From positions 1 through 42,922 of the forward strand of contig JAZOMP010000070.1 in assembly GCA_045654045.1 (NCBI GenBank): a stretch of DNA of 42,922 nucleotides, given 5' to 3'. Below, in pieces: positions 25,509 to 34,373 of the stretch. Source of the stretch: Acutalibacteraceae bacterium (GTDB lineage: Bacteria > Bacillota > Clostridia > Oscillospirales > Acutalibacteraceae). Made by a program: the position numbers and the translations under genes. The number at the start of each line of letters is the position of its first letter. Position 1 is the first letter of the stretch. The notes below the pieces were generated by a model. The model was not told the origin of the DNA. It made no database searches and saw only the letters and a list, made by a program, of their open reading frames with translations.

Positions 25509-26399
25509 ATGAAAAGAACCGCTCCCCTGCTGATTATAATTGCCGCCACCCTGTGGGGCACAATGGGCTTATTCACCCGTACACTCACCGCACTCGGTTA
25601 TTCAACATTCCAGCTCGTTTTCTGCCGAGCAGCGCTTACCGCCGCAACGCTGGTAATCTATTTTCTGATTTCAGACCGTGAAAAACTTAAAATAAAACTC
25701 AAGGATTTCTGGATGTTTTTATCGCCGAGCCTTATCAGCGTTATACTGTTCAACTTCTGTTACATGAACGCCATAAATTCCGGCTCAATAAGCATAGCCG
25801 CAACCCTGCTTTACACCGCACCGATATTCGTTATGATTATTTCGGCGTTTCTGTTCAAAGAAAAAATAACGCCGCTCAAAACGGCGGCGCTGGTTATGGC
25901 ATTTACGGGCTGCGTTCTTGTTTCGGGAACAATTGATTCAGGTAACCCTCTTTCCCCTGCCACTCTCCTTTTCGGCATAAGCTCGGGCTTTACGTACGGA
26001 ATGTACAGCATATTCACAAAAATCGGTTTAAAGAAGTATTCACCGCTGACCTTCACGGCATACACCTTTCTGATTTCGGCTGTTGTTTCTTTCTTTATAT
26101 GCAGCCCTTCGGAATTTGTAAGCACAACAGCACAAAAACCGTCAAACATAATCATACTTATTCTTTTTTCACTCGCAACAAACGTTATACCGTACATCTG
26201 CTTCACAAGCGGACTGAAATATATGGATGCCGGCAAAGCAAACATTACAGCAACTATCGAGCCGGTTGTGGCAACACTTTTCGGAATATTCGTTTTTCAC
26301 GAAAAGCTGACTGCCGTTTCCGCGCTCGGAATCTTTTTAGTGCTTTTTTCAGCAGTTATACTGAACGTTCCGCGCAAAGAACACGTGTCAAAATATTAA
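25509..26399 (+). CDS. EamA-family (DMT) transporter
   Basis: About 10 TM helices in two EamA repeats. ATG 25509 (MKRTAPLLIIIAATLWG) is chosen over track start 25437, which overlaps ybaK. Confidence 0.8.
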   Translation: MKRTAPLLIIIAATLWGTMGLFTRTLTALGYSTFQLVFCRAALTAATLVIYFLISDREKLKIKLKDFWMFLSPSLISVILFNFCYMNAINSGSISIAATLLYTAPIFVMIISAFLFKEKITPLKTAALVMAFTGCVLVSGTIDSGNPLSPATLLFGISSGFTYGMYSIFTKIGLKKYSPLTFTAYTFLISAVVSFFICSPSEFVSTTAQKPSNIIILILFSLATNVIPYICFTSGLKYMDAGKANITATIEPVVATLFGIFVFHEKLTAVSALGIFLVLFSAVILNVPRKEHVSKY

Positions 26400-26412
26400 A
26401 AATTTGCCGTCA

Positions 26413-26447
26413 AAAAAGGACTTTCGGTTTTTCCGAAAGTCCTTTTT
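26413..26447. terminator. bidirectional rho-independent terminator (EamA / GH89 convergent)
   Basis: AAAAAGGACTTTCGG-ttttt-CCGAAAGTCCTTTTT. Confidence 0.8.
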
Positions 26448-26476
26448 ACTGTTTTCGTCTCAGGCATCGCAAAATA

Positions 26477-28543
26477 TTAAAAATTTGCGGCATATTTGGC
26501 GACAAGCTCGTGAGCGACAAGAACTGTATCCTCTTTGCCGACCGAGTCGTTTTCGGGCGCATATTCGGCAATCCACGCTTTCTCCACCTTAGAAAGGCTT
26601 ATACCGAAATCACTGCCAAGATAGGCATCCCTGTCAAAAACCTGTGTTTTGGTTTTTTCAGGCATGCGTCTCAGCTTTTTGAAATTAGCAGCAAGCGTTT
26701 CAAAGAAAGCACGCCAGCGCTTCGCATAGAAGGTATTGAGCACACCTGCCCACTCCTTCCAGCACATATCGTAAAGCACGCTGTCCTTAATAGGACCAAA
26801 AGAGGTAATCTGAGCAAGAACGTTGATTTCAAAATTCTCGCTTTCCTCAGGACTGTTACCGAATGAACGGGCAAGCTCAAGGTAATGCGGCAGAGCAAAT
26901 TCCTTCTTTGTCATAAGCAGCCTGTCCATATCCTCAATTATGCCGAGGAAAAGGTTTGAATTGGTTTCAAACAACTCTACGTTTTTTGTTTTATAGCCTT
27001 CAAGAGCCTTTTTGCAGACCGTATTTGCAAGGTCGCTGAGTGCCTGTCTCAACACATCGCAAACGTCAAGCTCGTATTCGTAGGTTTTACCCTGTGCCTC
27101 AAGCAGCTTCTTTGCCGCATTGAACACGTCCGCAATATCGTAGAGTATATCATTGCCGCTGTCGCCTACGGAAGTGTGGCGAAGCAGAGTTGACGGTCTT
27201 GTACAGATTGCACTGCCGTGCTCACGCACGGGCTGACCCTCTCGCCAACAGCTTTTTTTGAGCAGCTGCAAAGCTTCAAGCGCTTCATTTTTTTCGGTCT
27301 GATAGCGGTTTTTCGCATACGCTTCAAGCCATGAATCAACATCCTTCGCGCCGCTCATTGCAGCATAACAGAACTGGCGGAAGGCTTCGTTTGAATAAGC
27401 ACCGTCCGAAAATACTCCGACACCGCTTGCGTTGTCGCCTGCCGAAACACCGGAAGCAGCGCTGAAATCGCCATGAATTGACGTGACGTCGGCATTATTG
27501 AACTGTGAGCCGACAACAAATTCAAAGCCATCAAAACGTCCGCTTTCACTTTCTTCCTTGCTGCCGATAACCAGCACGTTTTCTTTAGGAACCGCACGGA
27601 ACATGGCATCTCTCACAGACGAGGAATGAATAACCCATACAGCGTTTTCGTCAACATCGGAAATAAGCTTATATATAGCCGCACCGACACCGGCAAGAAA
27701 AGCTGAATCCCGCTTGGCAGGCTCGTGTGCGGTAAAGGGGTCCGCAAGGAAATAGCATCCCTCGCCAAGCAGAAGGCCGAGGTTTCTGTAGTAAAGTGTT
27801 CCTATACGGTGGAAGGTAGTATCCCTGACAATAATGTGATACTGCTTGGGAAAAAGGCACCATTCATCCGTCTTATTTACCCTTACACGGATTTTGGACT
27901 GGATAAAATTACGGGAAATATAGCCCGAATAGCCGTGCATAACCGGGGTCATACCGAGCTGTTTTTCACGCCCGATAATCTTTCTGCCAAGCTCAATACG
28001 CTTATCAACGGTAGCAGAAGAGCTCTGAGGAAGATAGCCATCAAAGCAGTTGTAAAGCTGCCAGCCCCAGAAGGCAGGGCCCGAAATGCCTGCAAGCGCA
28101 AGGTCCTCTTTTATGCCGAGGTCCTTCATAGTCTTGAGCCATACAGCCTCTGTACCGACAACAGAAAGCGGCATATTCACACCGTTCATAGCCATAAAAT
28201 CTATTTCGTTTTCCCATCTTTCCCAGTTCCACCAGCAGGCTGCGCAAGAAAAGGCAGTATATTCAAAGCAGGTGCGGTATTTCTTTTCGATTACGCCCTC
28301 TTTTTTCTCTTCAGGAAGCCTGAATTCGCCAACCCTGAGAGCGTGGTCAACGTCGAAATAAGCACCGCAGTTATCACGCAGAAAGTTATAATAGGCCACA
28401 GCCATATCAATGGCATTGCCGCCCTTTATAAACACCTTGCCTTCGGCAGACTCATAGCTCCAAAAGTTTTCGGCTTCTGCCGTTTCGGTTACAAAACTGT
28501 CCGCCCACTCGGGTGTACGACGGAGTATAAGTTCTTTAATCAT
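26477..28543 (-). CDS. alpha-N-acetylglucosaminidase (GH89, NAGLU-like), no signal peptide
   Basis: 688 aa. The N-terminal, TIM-barrel and helical C-terminal arrangement and Trp-rich catalytic region (AACWWNWERWENEIDFMAMNGVNMPL, PAFWGWQ) match my recollection of GH89. The start is 2 nt after the folD stop. Confidence 0.72.
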   Translation of the reverse strand: MIKELILRRTPEWADSFVTETAEAENFWSYESAEGKVFIKGGNAIDMAVAYYNFLRDNCGAYFDVDHALRVGEFRLPEEKKEGVIEKKYRTCFEYTAFSCAACWWNWERWENEIDFMAMNGVNMPLSVVGTEAVWLKTMKDLGIKEDLALAGISGPAFWGWQLYNCFDGYLPQSSSATVDKRIELGRKIIGREKQLGMTPVMHGYSGYISRNFIQSKIRVRVNKTDEWCLFPKQYHIIVRDTTFHRIGTLYYRNLGLLLGEGCYFLADPFTAHEPAKRDSAFLAGVGAAIYKLISDVDENAVWVIHSSSVRDAMFRAVPKENVLVIGSKEESESGRFDGFEFVVGSQFNNADVTSIHGDFSAASGVSAGDNASGVGVFSDGAYSNEAFRQFCYAAMSGAKDVDSWLEAYAKNRYQTEKNEALEALQLLKKSCWREGQPVREHGSAICTRPSTLLRHTSVGDSGNDILYDIADVFNAAKKLLEAQGKTYEYELDVCDVLRQALSDLANTVCKKALEGYKTKNVELFETNSNLFLGIIEDMDRLLMTKKEFALPHYLELARSFGNSPEESENFEINVLAQITSFGPIKDSVLYDMCWKEWAGVLNTFYAKRWRAFFETLAANFKKLRRMPEKTKTQVFDRDAYLGSDFGISLSKVEKAWIAEYAPENDSVGKEDTVLVAHELVAKYAANF

Positions 28544-28545
28544 AA

Positions 28546-29400
28546 TCAGTCTTCCTTGATTTTCTGCATTTTAGCTGCCGTTACGGTGTTTTGCATAAGC
28601 ATCGCAACTGTCATAAGACCTACACCGCCGGGTACGGGAGTAAGGTGAGAAGCCTTTTCCTTGACGGAGTCAAAATCAACGTCACCGCAACGGTTACCGT
28701 TTTCATCCCTGTCCATACCGACGTCGATAACAACCGCACCCTCTTTAACCATATCGGCTGTGACAAACTTTGCCTTGCCGATAGCGACAACGAGAATATC
28801 CGCATTACGGGTAACCTCTGCAAGATTTTTCGTTTTCGAGTTGCATACGGTAACAGTACCGCCTGCATTTATGAGGAGCATAGCCATGGGCTTACCGACA
28901 ATATTGCTTCTGCCTATTACGACACAGTTTTTGCCCTCAATTTCAACACCCTCATACTTAAGCATTTCCATAATACCGGCAGGTGTGCAGGGCTTGAGAA
29001 GGCTGTCACCTATCATAATGTGACCTGCATTTACGGGGTGGAAAGCATCAACGTCCTTTTCGGGGCTGATAGCGTTGAGGATAACCTTTTCGTCAATATG
29101 CTTAGGAATAGGAAGCTGGCAGAGTATACCGTGAACGCTTTCGTCCTTGTTGAGCTTTTCAACGAGTGCGAGCAGCTCTTCCTGAGTCGTTTCGGCAGGC
29201 AGAGCAAACTCGAGTGACTTTATGCCCACATAATCGCAGGTCTTTTTCTTGTTGTTGACATAGGTGCGTGAAGCAAAGTCGTCACCCACAATAATGACCG
29301 CAAGGCAAGGCTCAACGCCCTTTTCCTTAACCTCATTTACCTGCGCAATAACCTGCCGTTTGATGTGTTCGGATATGATTTTTCCGTCGATAAGCTTCAT
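28546..29400 (-). CDS. folD: bifunctional 5,10-methylene-THF dehydrogenase / methenyl-THF cyclohydrolase
   Basis: LAVIIVGDDFASRTYVNNKKK, VVIGRSNIVGKP, TPVPGGVGLMT. 284 aa. Confidence 0.93.
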   Translation of the reverse strand: MKLIDGKIISEHIKRQVIAQVNEVKEKGVEPCLAVIIVGDDFASRTYVNNKKKTCDYVGIKSLEFALPAETTQEELLALVEKLNKDESVHGILCQLPIPKHIDEKVILNAISPEKDVDAFHPVNAGHIMIGDSLLKPCTPAGIMEMLKYEGVEIEGKNCVVIGRSNIVGKPMAMLLINAGGTVTVCNSKTKNLAEVTRNADILVVAIGKAKFVTADMVKEGAVVIDVGMDRDENGNRCGDVDFDSVKEKASHLTPVPGGVGLMTVAMLMQNTVTAAKMQKIKED

Positions 29401-29428
29401 TGTGTTACCTCGCTTTTATAGCAAAATC

Positions 29429-29449
29429 GGGCGCACCTCGGGTGCGCCC
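29429..29449 (-). terminator. hairpin after ftsZ (candidate terminator/attenuator)
   Basis: GGGCGCACC-tcg-GGTGCGCCC, a perfect 9-bp GC stem. The following U-tract is weak (GATTTTG), so partial read-through into folD is plausible. Confidence 0.5.
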
Positions 29450-29472
29450 TTGATATTATATGGAGTTTTCGA

Positions 29473-30651
29473 TTATTTCTTGTCGTTGAAGAAGTTGAGG
29501 AAATCGAAATAATCGTCATCGTTGTTTCCCATACCGGCATCAACAGCGGGAGCAGCAGGAGCAGCGGGTGCTGCAGGTGCAACAGGAGCAACAGGTGCTG
29601 CGGGAGCATCTGCAAGGAGAGCATCCATATTAGGATGTGCCGCACTGTTGAAGATTTCTGCTGCGGTGGGAGGAGCGTCGATAGCGCCGTCGGAACCGAA
29701 GCCGAAGCCTGTAGCAATAACAGTGATGTAAAGCTCGTCGTTGAGAGAATCGTCGAAGGCAAGACCCCAGATGATGTTTGCTTCGGGATGTGCTGCATCC
29801 TTGATCTTCTCACTTGCAAGCTCGATATCCTCAAGACCGATATCGGGCGAGGAGGTAATGCTGATAATAACGCCCTTTGCACCCTTGATAGATGTTTCAA
29901 GAAGCGGGCTGGAGATAGCTGCCTCTGCGGCAACCTCGGGCTTGTCCTTGCCCTTTGCGTAGCCGATACCCATATGAGCGTGGCCAGCATCCTTCATTAC
30001 GGAGAGAACGTCCGCAAAGTCGAGGTTGATTACGCCGGGAATCTTGATAAGCTCGGAGATATTCTTAACGCCCTGAAGGAGAACGTCGTCTGCCTTTGCG
30101 AAAGCGTTGCTCATTGTGATTTTTGTTTCGCTTGCAAAGCGAAGGCGCTCGTTGGGAATGATAACAAGGCTGTCAACGTGCTCTGTAAGCATATCGATAC
30201 CGTTTTCTGCCTGAGTCATTCTGCGCTTACCCTCAAAGTTGAAGGGCTTTGTAACAACACCGACGGTGAGAATGCCCATATCCTTTGCAATCTGGGCAAT
30301 AACGGGAGCCGCACCTGTGCCTGTACCGCCGCCCATACCGGCTGTGATGAAGACCATATCCGTACCCTTGAGTGTATCGGAAATAACGTCACGGCTTTCC
30401 TCGGCTGCCTTCTGGCCAACCTCAGGCTTGCCGCCGGCGCCCATACCGCGGGTAACCTTTTCGCCGATCTGGATTTTGTGTGTAGCCTGGGAGCTGAGAA
30501 GCATCTGCTTGTCTGTGTTGACAGCAATGAACTCAACACCTCTGATACCCGAAGTGATCATACGGTTAACAGCGTTTCCGCCGCCGCCGCCGACACCGAT
30601 TACTTTAATTTGCACCACGTTTTCTATTTCGTTATCAATTTCGAAACCCAT
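29473..30651 (-). CDS. ftsZ: cell division GTPase FtsZ
   Basis: Tubulin signature [18 protein letters not shown] and NLDFADV. GGGAGG RBS. Confidence 0.95.
   Translation of the reverse strand: MGFEIDNEIENVVQIKVIGVGGGGGNAVNRMITSGIRGVEFIAVNTDKQMLLSSQATHKIQIGEKVTRGMGAGGKPEVGQKAAEESRDVISDTLKGTDMVFITAGMGGGTGTGAAPVIAQIAKDMGILTVGVVTKPFNFEGKRRMTQAENGIDMLTEHVDSLVIIPNERLRFASETKITMSNAFAKADDVLLQGVKNISELIKIPGVINLDFADVLSVMKDAGHAHMGIGYAKGKDKPEVAAEAAISSPLLETSIKGAKGVIISITSSPDIGLEDIELASEKIKDAAHPEANIIWGLAFDDSLNDELYITVIATGFGFGSDGAIDAPPTAAEIFNSAAHPNMDALLADAPAAPVAPVAPAAPAAPAAPAVDAGMGNNDDDYFDFLNFFNDKK
29545..29607 (-). repeat. imperfect GCN-CCN tandem repeat encoding the Ala/Pro-rich FtsZ C-terminal linker
   Basis: Encodes [21 protein letters not shown]. 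It is the source of several spurious overlapping ORFs in the track. Confidence 0.8.
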
Positions 30652-30761
30652 TCTTCTGTGCCTCCCATAATATATTTTAAATTTACATAATTTTTGATTA
30701 TAATTAATCAGTTAAAAGGATAATAGCATAAAATCAAGTCAATTACAATAGCATTTTATAA

Positions 30762-30805
30762 AAAAAGTAAAATTTTAGGGCAAAGAGCCGATGCGCTCTC
30801 TGCCC
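30762..30805 (-). terminator. candidate rho-independent terminator after ftsQ
   Basis: 11-bp stem with one mismatch (GGGCAAAGAGC / GCTCTCTGCCC), then a T-rich stretch on the minus strand (TAAAATTTTACTTTTTT). Confidence 0.5.
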
Positions 30806-30814
30806 TTGTTGATT

Positions 30815-31924
30815 TTATTGTGCCTGAGCCTGTGTATCCGTTGTTTCTTCGGCAGGTGCGGTTATCTCCTCATCGCCGCCCGAATAGTCGTCAGGATTTT
30901 CTTCGGGTCTGAAATAAACCTTGTTGTCAACCGTAAGGTCAAGCGTTGCGTGCTGATTGGGGTCAATTTCGTTTTCACGGTCTATAACCTTTGCGGCAAG
31001 TGCAAGCTTGACGTCTATACCACTCATCGAGCCGATAATCAGCTTATATCTGCCATCATAAAGAGCCTGGATATAGTCTGTATCGGAAAGATTTACGGTT
31101 GTGAGCAGCTCAATTCCCGCCTCATCAAGTGCAGCACCCAGCTCTTTGACAAACGAAAGCGAAACATCCTCACCGAGAACAATCTCCTCACCCGGTACGG
31201 AATAGGTAACCGTTGCACCCTGCACAATTGTTGCCTCAAGAGCCGCTTCCGGCAGACCTATTTCGAGCACCTTGCCTGTCTTGTCAATCAGCACGGCCTG
31301 TTCACCGTTTATAAAAGACCACTCGGGCACAGCCCTTTTGACCGTGATTACAACCTTACCCGAAGCAGAGCGTTCAACGGTTGCCGAGCTGATATAGGGC
31401 AGCGATTTTGAAAGGTTGCCGCTTACCTCATCCGCACCGCAGCGGATAATATTTTCACCCAGCGAAATACCCGATGCACCGATAATCTGCTCATCGGTAT
31501 AGGGTGAGTCACCCTTTATCGTTATTTCGTTAATCTGGAAAAACACCGTAAGCGAAAGGATTACTGCAATTGCAACAACACCCAGCGCAAGGGCGATATA
31601 TGTCAGTATCTGCTTGCGCCTGCGCTGCTTTTTGCGAAGCTCATTGTGAAGTCTGCGCTTTTCATTGGCAGACATAGGCTGTCCTTTATGCGGGGCCTGT
31701 CCGGTTTTACGGCGCGGTGAAGCCGATGCCTGCGGCTTTTTGCGCACAGGCTGTGCCGCAGACGGTCTTGCCGACGGTCTGACAGGCTTGGGTCCCGGCT
31801 GAGGCTTTCTCTCAGCAGGGCGCTGCGGCGGCAGTTCAAAAGGCTGTGTGCTGTCTGCACTGCGCCTGTAGCCGTCGCTGTTGTCGCCCAGTATGAACTT
31901 ATTCTCCTTTTCCGACATTTTCAT
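30815..31924 (-). CDS. ftsQ: cell division protein FtsQ/DivIB (POTRA), with long Pro/Arg/Lys-rich cytoplasmic N-terminus
   Basis: One TM (ILTYIALALGVVAIAVILSLTVFF), then a POTRA-like INEITIKGDSPYTDEQI. ATG 31924 overlaps the murA stop (ATGA). ATG 31918 has better RBS spacing. Confidence 0.8.
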   Translation of the reverse strand: MKMSEKENKFILGDNSDGYRRSADSTQPFELPPQRPAERKPQPGPKPVRPSARPSAAQPVRKKPQASASPRRKTGQAPHKGQPMSANEKRRLHNELRKKQRRRKQILTYIALALGVVAIAVILSLTVFFQINEITIKGDSPYTDEQIIGASGISLGENIIRCGADEVSGNLSKSLPYISSATVERSASGKVVITVKRAVPEWSFINGEQAVLIDKTGKVLEIGLPEAALEATIVQGATVTYSVPGEEIVLGEDVSLSFVKELGAALDEAGIELLTTVNLSDTDYIQALYDGRYKLIIGSMSGIDVKLALAAKVIDRENEIDPNQHATLDLTVDNKVYFRPEENPDDYSGGDEEITAPAEETTDTQAQAQ

Positions 31925-33177
31925 TCTCCCCTGATAATTTTTGCACCCAGTGCCGTAAGCTGACCTTCAAAATTCTCATACCCTCTGTCAACGTAGTGTA
32001 TGCCTTCGACCCTTGTTACGCCCTCAGCACACAGACCCGCAACCACGAGTGCGCTTCCTCCGCGCAAATCAGGCGAGAAAACCCGTGCGCCATGAAGGAA
32101 TTTCACTCCTTGTATGACAGCTACCCTGCCTTCCGTGCGTATATCTGCACCCATTCTTGTCAGCTCAGCAGTATATTTAAACCTGTTTTCAAAGATATTT
32201 TCGATAATCACACCCGTACCGCGGGCAACGCTTGCCATAACGCCGAAATCCGCCTGCGAATCAGTCGGGAAACCGGGGTAAGGCATAGTCCTGACCGAAG
32301 AAAAGCCCGAAAGCCTTTCCGGTGCTTTAATACGCAAGCCTCTTGTGTCCTGCGTTATTTTACAACCTGTTTTTTCAAACGGCTCAAGCACAGGCATAAG
32401 CATATCCTGTGTCATACCGCTCAGCAGTACATCGCCCTTTGTAACCGAAGCCGCCGCCATAAAAGTGCACGCAGCTATTCTGTCACGGGAAACGGTATGC
32501 TCAACACCGCGGAGAGCTTTCACTCCCTCAATGGTTATTATACTCTCACCTGCGCCTTTTATTTTCGCACCGCAGGCATTAAGAAAATCGGCAAGTTCTT
32601 TTATTTCAGGCTCTCTTGCCGCATTGATAAGCACGGTTTCGCCCTTTGCGGTACAAGCCGCAAGCAGAACGTTTTCCGTTGCACCAACGCTCGGGAATGA
32701 AAGCGTAATTCTTGCGCCCCGAAGTCCGTCGGGACACGAGCAGATAAGTCTGCCGCCCTCTTCGGTGATTTTCGTACCAAGCACCCGCATCGCTTCAAGG
32801 TGAAGATTTATCGGACGAAGGCCTATTTCACAGCCGCCGGGTGAGGAAAGCTCTGCCCTGCCGAATCTGCCGAGCAATGCACCGAGAAACACTACGGAGG
32901 AACGCATTTCCTGCATAAGCGAATCGGGAATATCGCACCGACAGGCATTTGTACTTTTTATAATCACGCTGTCACCGCAACGCTTTGCCTGACAGCCGAG
33001 ATATGTAAGAATATTCACCGCCGCATCAACATCGGTAAGGCGGGGACAGTTATTTAGCACAGTTTCATCCCGAACAAGAACACAGGCTGAAAGCAGGGGC
33101 AGCGAGCCGTTTTTAGAGCCCTGCACCGTGATTTCTCCGTTTAATCTGTTACCGCCCTCAATGATGTAGCAAGCCAT
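31921..33177 (-). CDS. murA: UDP-N-acetylglucosamine 1-carboxyvinyltransferase
   Basis: Active-site loop SSPGGCEIGLRPINLH. ATG 33177 (MACYIIEGG) has a GGGTGGGG RBS. The track start at 33213 adds 12 unsupported residues. Confidence 0.93.
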   Translation of the reverse strand: MACYIIEGGNRLNGEITVQGSKNGSLPLLSACVLVRDETVLNNCPRLTDVDAAVNILTYLGCQAKRCGDSVIIKSTNACRCDIPDSLMQEMRSSVVFLGALLGRFGRAELSSPGGCEIGLRPINLHLEAMRVLGTKITEEGGRLICSCPDGLRGARITLSFPSVGATENVLLAACTAKGETVLINAAREPEIKELADFLNACGAKIKGAGESIITIEGVKALRGVEHTVSRDRIAACTFMAAASVTKGDVLLSGMTQDMLMPVLEPFEKTGCKITQDTRGLRIKAPERLSGFSSVRTMPYPGFPTDSQADFGVMASVARGTGVIIENIFENRFKYTAELTRMGADIRTEGRVAVIQGVKFLHGARVFSPDLRGGSALVVAGLCAEGVTRVEGIHYVDRGYENFEGQLTALGAKIIRGE

Positions 33178-33228
33178 ATTTCCCCACCCTTTCGCATAAC
33201 ACATTGTATGCAAAGAGCGGAAAAGCGG

Positions 33229-34353
33229 TTACTTTGCTATTTTGCCGAGCACCTCGACTATTCTTGCCTGAGCATCTGTGACAGCCATTGATTTTGCCGC
33301 CCTGCCCATTGCATCAAGCTTACCCGGGCTTTCAAGCAGTGTATCAATCTGCTGCATCAGCTTTGCACTCGTGAGGTCCTTTTCCTCGATAACGATAGCA
33401 GCCCCCTTATCCGCAAGCGCCTTTGCGTTGTGGAACTGGTGGTTTTCCGTTGCAAAGGGATAAGGTATAAGAATTGAGGGCTTGCCAAGCGCCTGAAATT
33501 CGCTGAGTGAGCTGGCACCTGCACGGCAGATAACAAGGTCAGCCGCCGCAAGACAGCGGTGCATATCGTTTATGTAATCTCTTACGATGATATTTTTCGC
33601 ATTAAGGTCAACTTTCCTTTCAGCAAGACGCTCGGGGAAATCCTTACAGTCCTTTCCGGTAGCGTGCATAAAGGTGCAGTTATTCGCCTGCCAGCGGTTT
33701 GAAATAACCTCAAGCATAGCTTCGTTGATTGCCTTTGCACCGAGCGAGCCACCCATTGAAAGAATAAGCGGTTTTTCGTCAAGTCCAAGCTCAGCCCTGC
33801 TGATATCTCTGTCCGCCTCGAGAAGCTCGCCTCTTACGGGCAGACCCGTAACGATAACAGGATTCTTGGGCTGCATATACTGTGCCGCCTGCTCTGCCGT
33901 AAGCATTACCGCATCGACCATTTTTGCAAGCGTTTTGTTGGTAACACCCGGGAAAGCATTCTGCTCGTGAATAGCCGTAGGAATACCGAGCTTTGCCGCC
34001 GCACGTACAACGGGGCCGCTTACGTAGCCGCCGAAGCCGATTACGACATCGGGTGCAAACTCCTTGATAATCTTCTTTGCCTGCGAGGAGGATTTAAGAA
34101 GATGCGAAAGAGTTTTTATGTTCTGCTTTATACCGTTGAGGTTGAGCACACGGTTGAAGCCGCTTATCTGAATTGTCTTGAAATCATAGCCTGCGGCAGG
34201 AACAAGTCTTGCCTCCATTTTCTCCGCAGTACCGATGAAGAGAATTTTCGCATCGGGATACCGTCTTCTTACCTCACCCGCTACGGCAAGTGCAGGGTTG
34301 ATGTGGCCGCCCGTACCGCCTGCGGCGAAGATGATTTTCTTTCCGTTGAGCAT
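33229..34353 (-). CDS. murG: undecaprenyldiphospho-muramoylpentapeptide beta-N-acetylglucosaminyltransferase
   Basis: FAAGGTGGHINPALAV N-terminal motif, 374 aa, dcw position. Confidence 0.93.
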   Translation of the reverse strand: MLNGKKIIFAAGGTGGHINPALAVAGEVRRRYPDAKILFIGTAEKMEARLVPAAGYDFKTIQISGFNRVLNLNGIKQNIKTLSHLLKSSSQAKKIIKEFAPDVVIGFGGYVSGPVVRAAAKLGIPTAIHEQNAFPGVTNKTLAKMVDAVMLTAEQAAQYMQPKNPVIVTGLPVRGELLEADRDISRAELGLDEKPLILSMGGSLGAKAINEAMLEVISNRWQANNCTFMHATGKDCKDFPERLAERKVDLNAKNIIVRDYINDMHRCLAAADLVICRAGASSLSEFQALGKPSILIPYPFATENHQFHNAKALADKGAAIVIEEKDLTSAKLMQQIDTLLESPGKLDAMGRAAKSMAVTDAQARIVEVLGKIAK

Positions 34354-34373
34354 TTATACCATCACCTTAAAGT

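Noticed and set aside
26099-26866. 255-aa plus-strand ORF crossing the EamA 3' end, the bidirectional terminator and the GH89 3' end
   Set aside because: It reads through a strong terminator hairpin, is out of frame with EamA, and gives an Arg/Phe/Lys-rich nonsense-like product.
27725-28648. 307-aa plus-strand ORF antisense to GH89 and folD
   Set aside because: It spans two real minus-strand genes and their junction. It has no domain and no RBS. Long antisense ORFs like this are to be expected when nearly all genes lie on one strand.
29401-29472. Possible THF or ZTP riboswitch upstream of folD, and likewise upstream of glyA
   Set aside because: The folD leader is only 72 nt and is largely occupied by the ftsZ hairpin. 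glyA is 20 nt from gyrB. That is too short for these aptamers, and I could find no conserved cores.
29536-29610. Short GC-rich tandem repeat that could suggest a CRISPR or VNTR element
   Set aside because: The units are 3-9 nt long and imperfect, with no spacers. The region is in frame within ftsZ, where it encodes the Ala/Pro linker.
29397-29990. 197-aa minus-strand ORF in an alternative frame over the ftsZ 3' end and the ftsZ-folD spacer
   Set aside because: The Leu/Pro/Ser/Gln-rich product is generated by reading the Ala/Pro repeat out of frame. It crosses the GC hairpin and overlaps the folD start, and has no translation signals.
29635-30690. 351-aa plus-strand ORF antisense to ftsZ
   Set aside because: It lies fully inside the unmistakable ftsZ gene on the other strand. 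It contains no recognisable domain, is Cys-rich and compositionally odd, and has no RBS.
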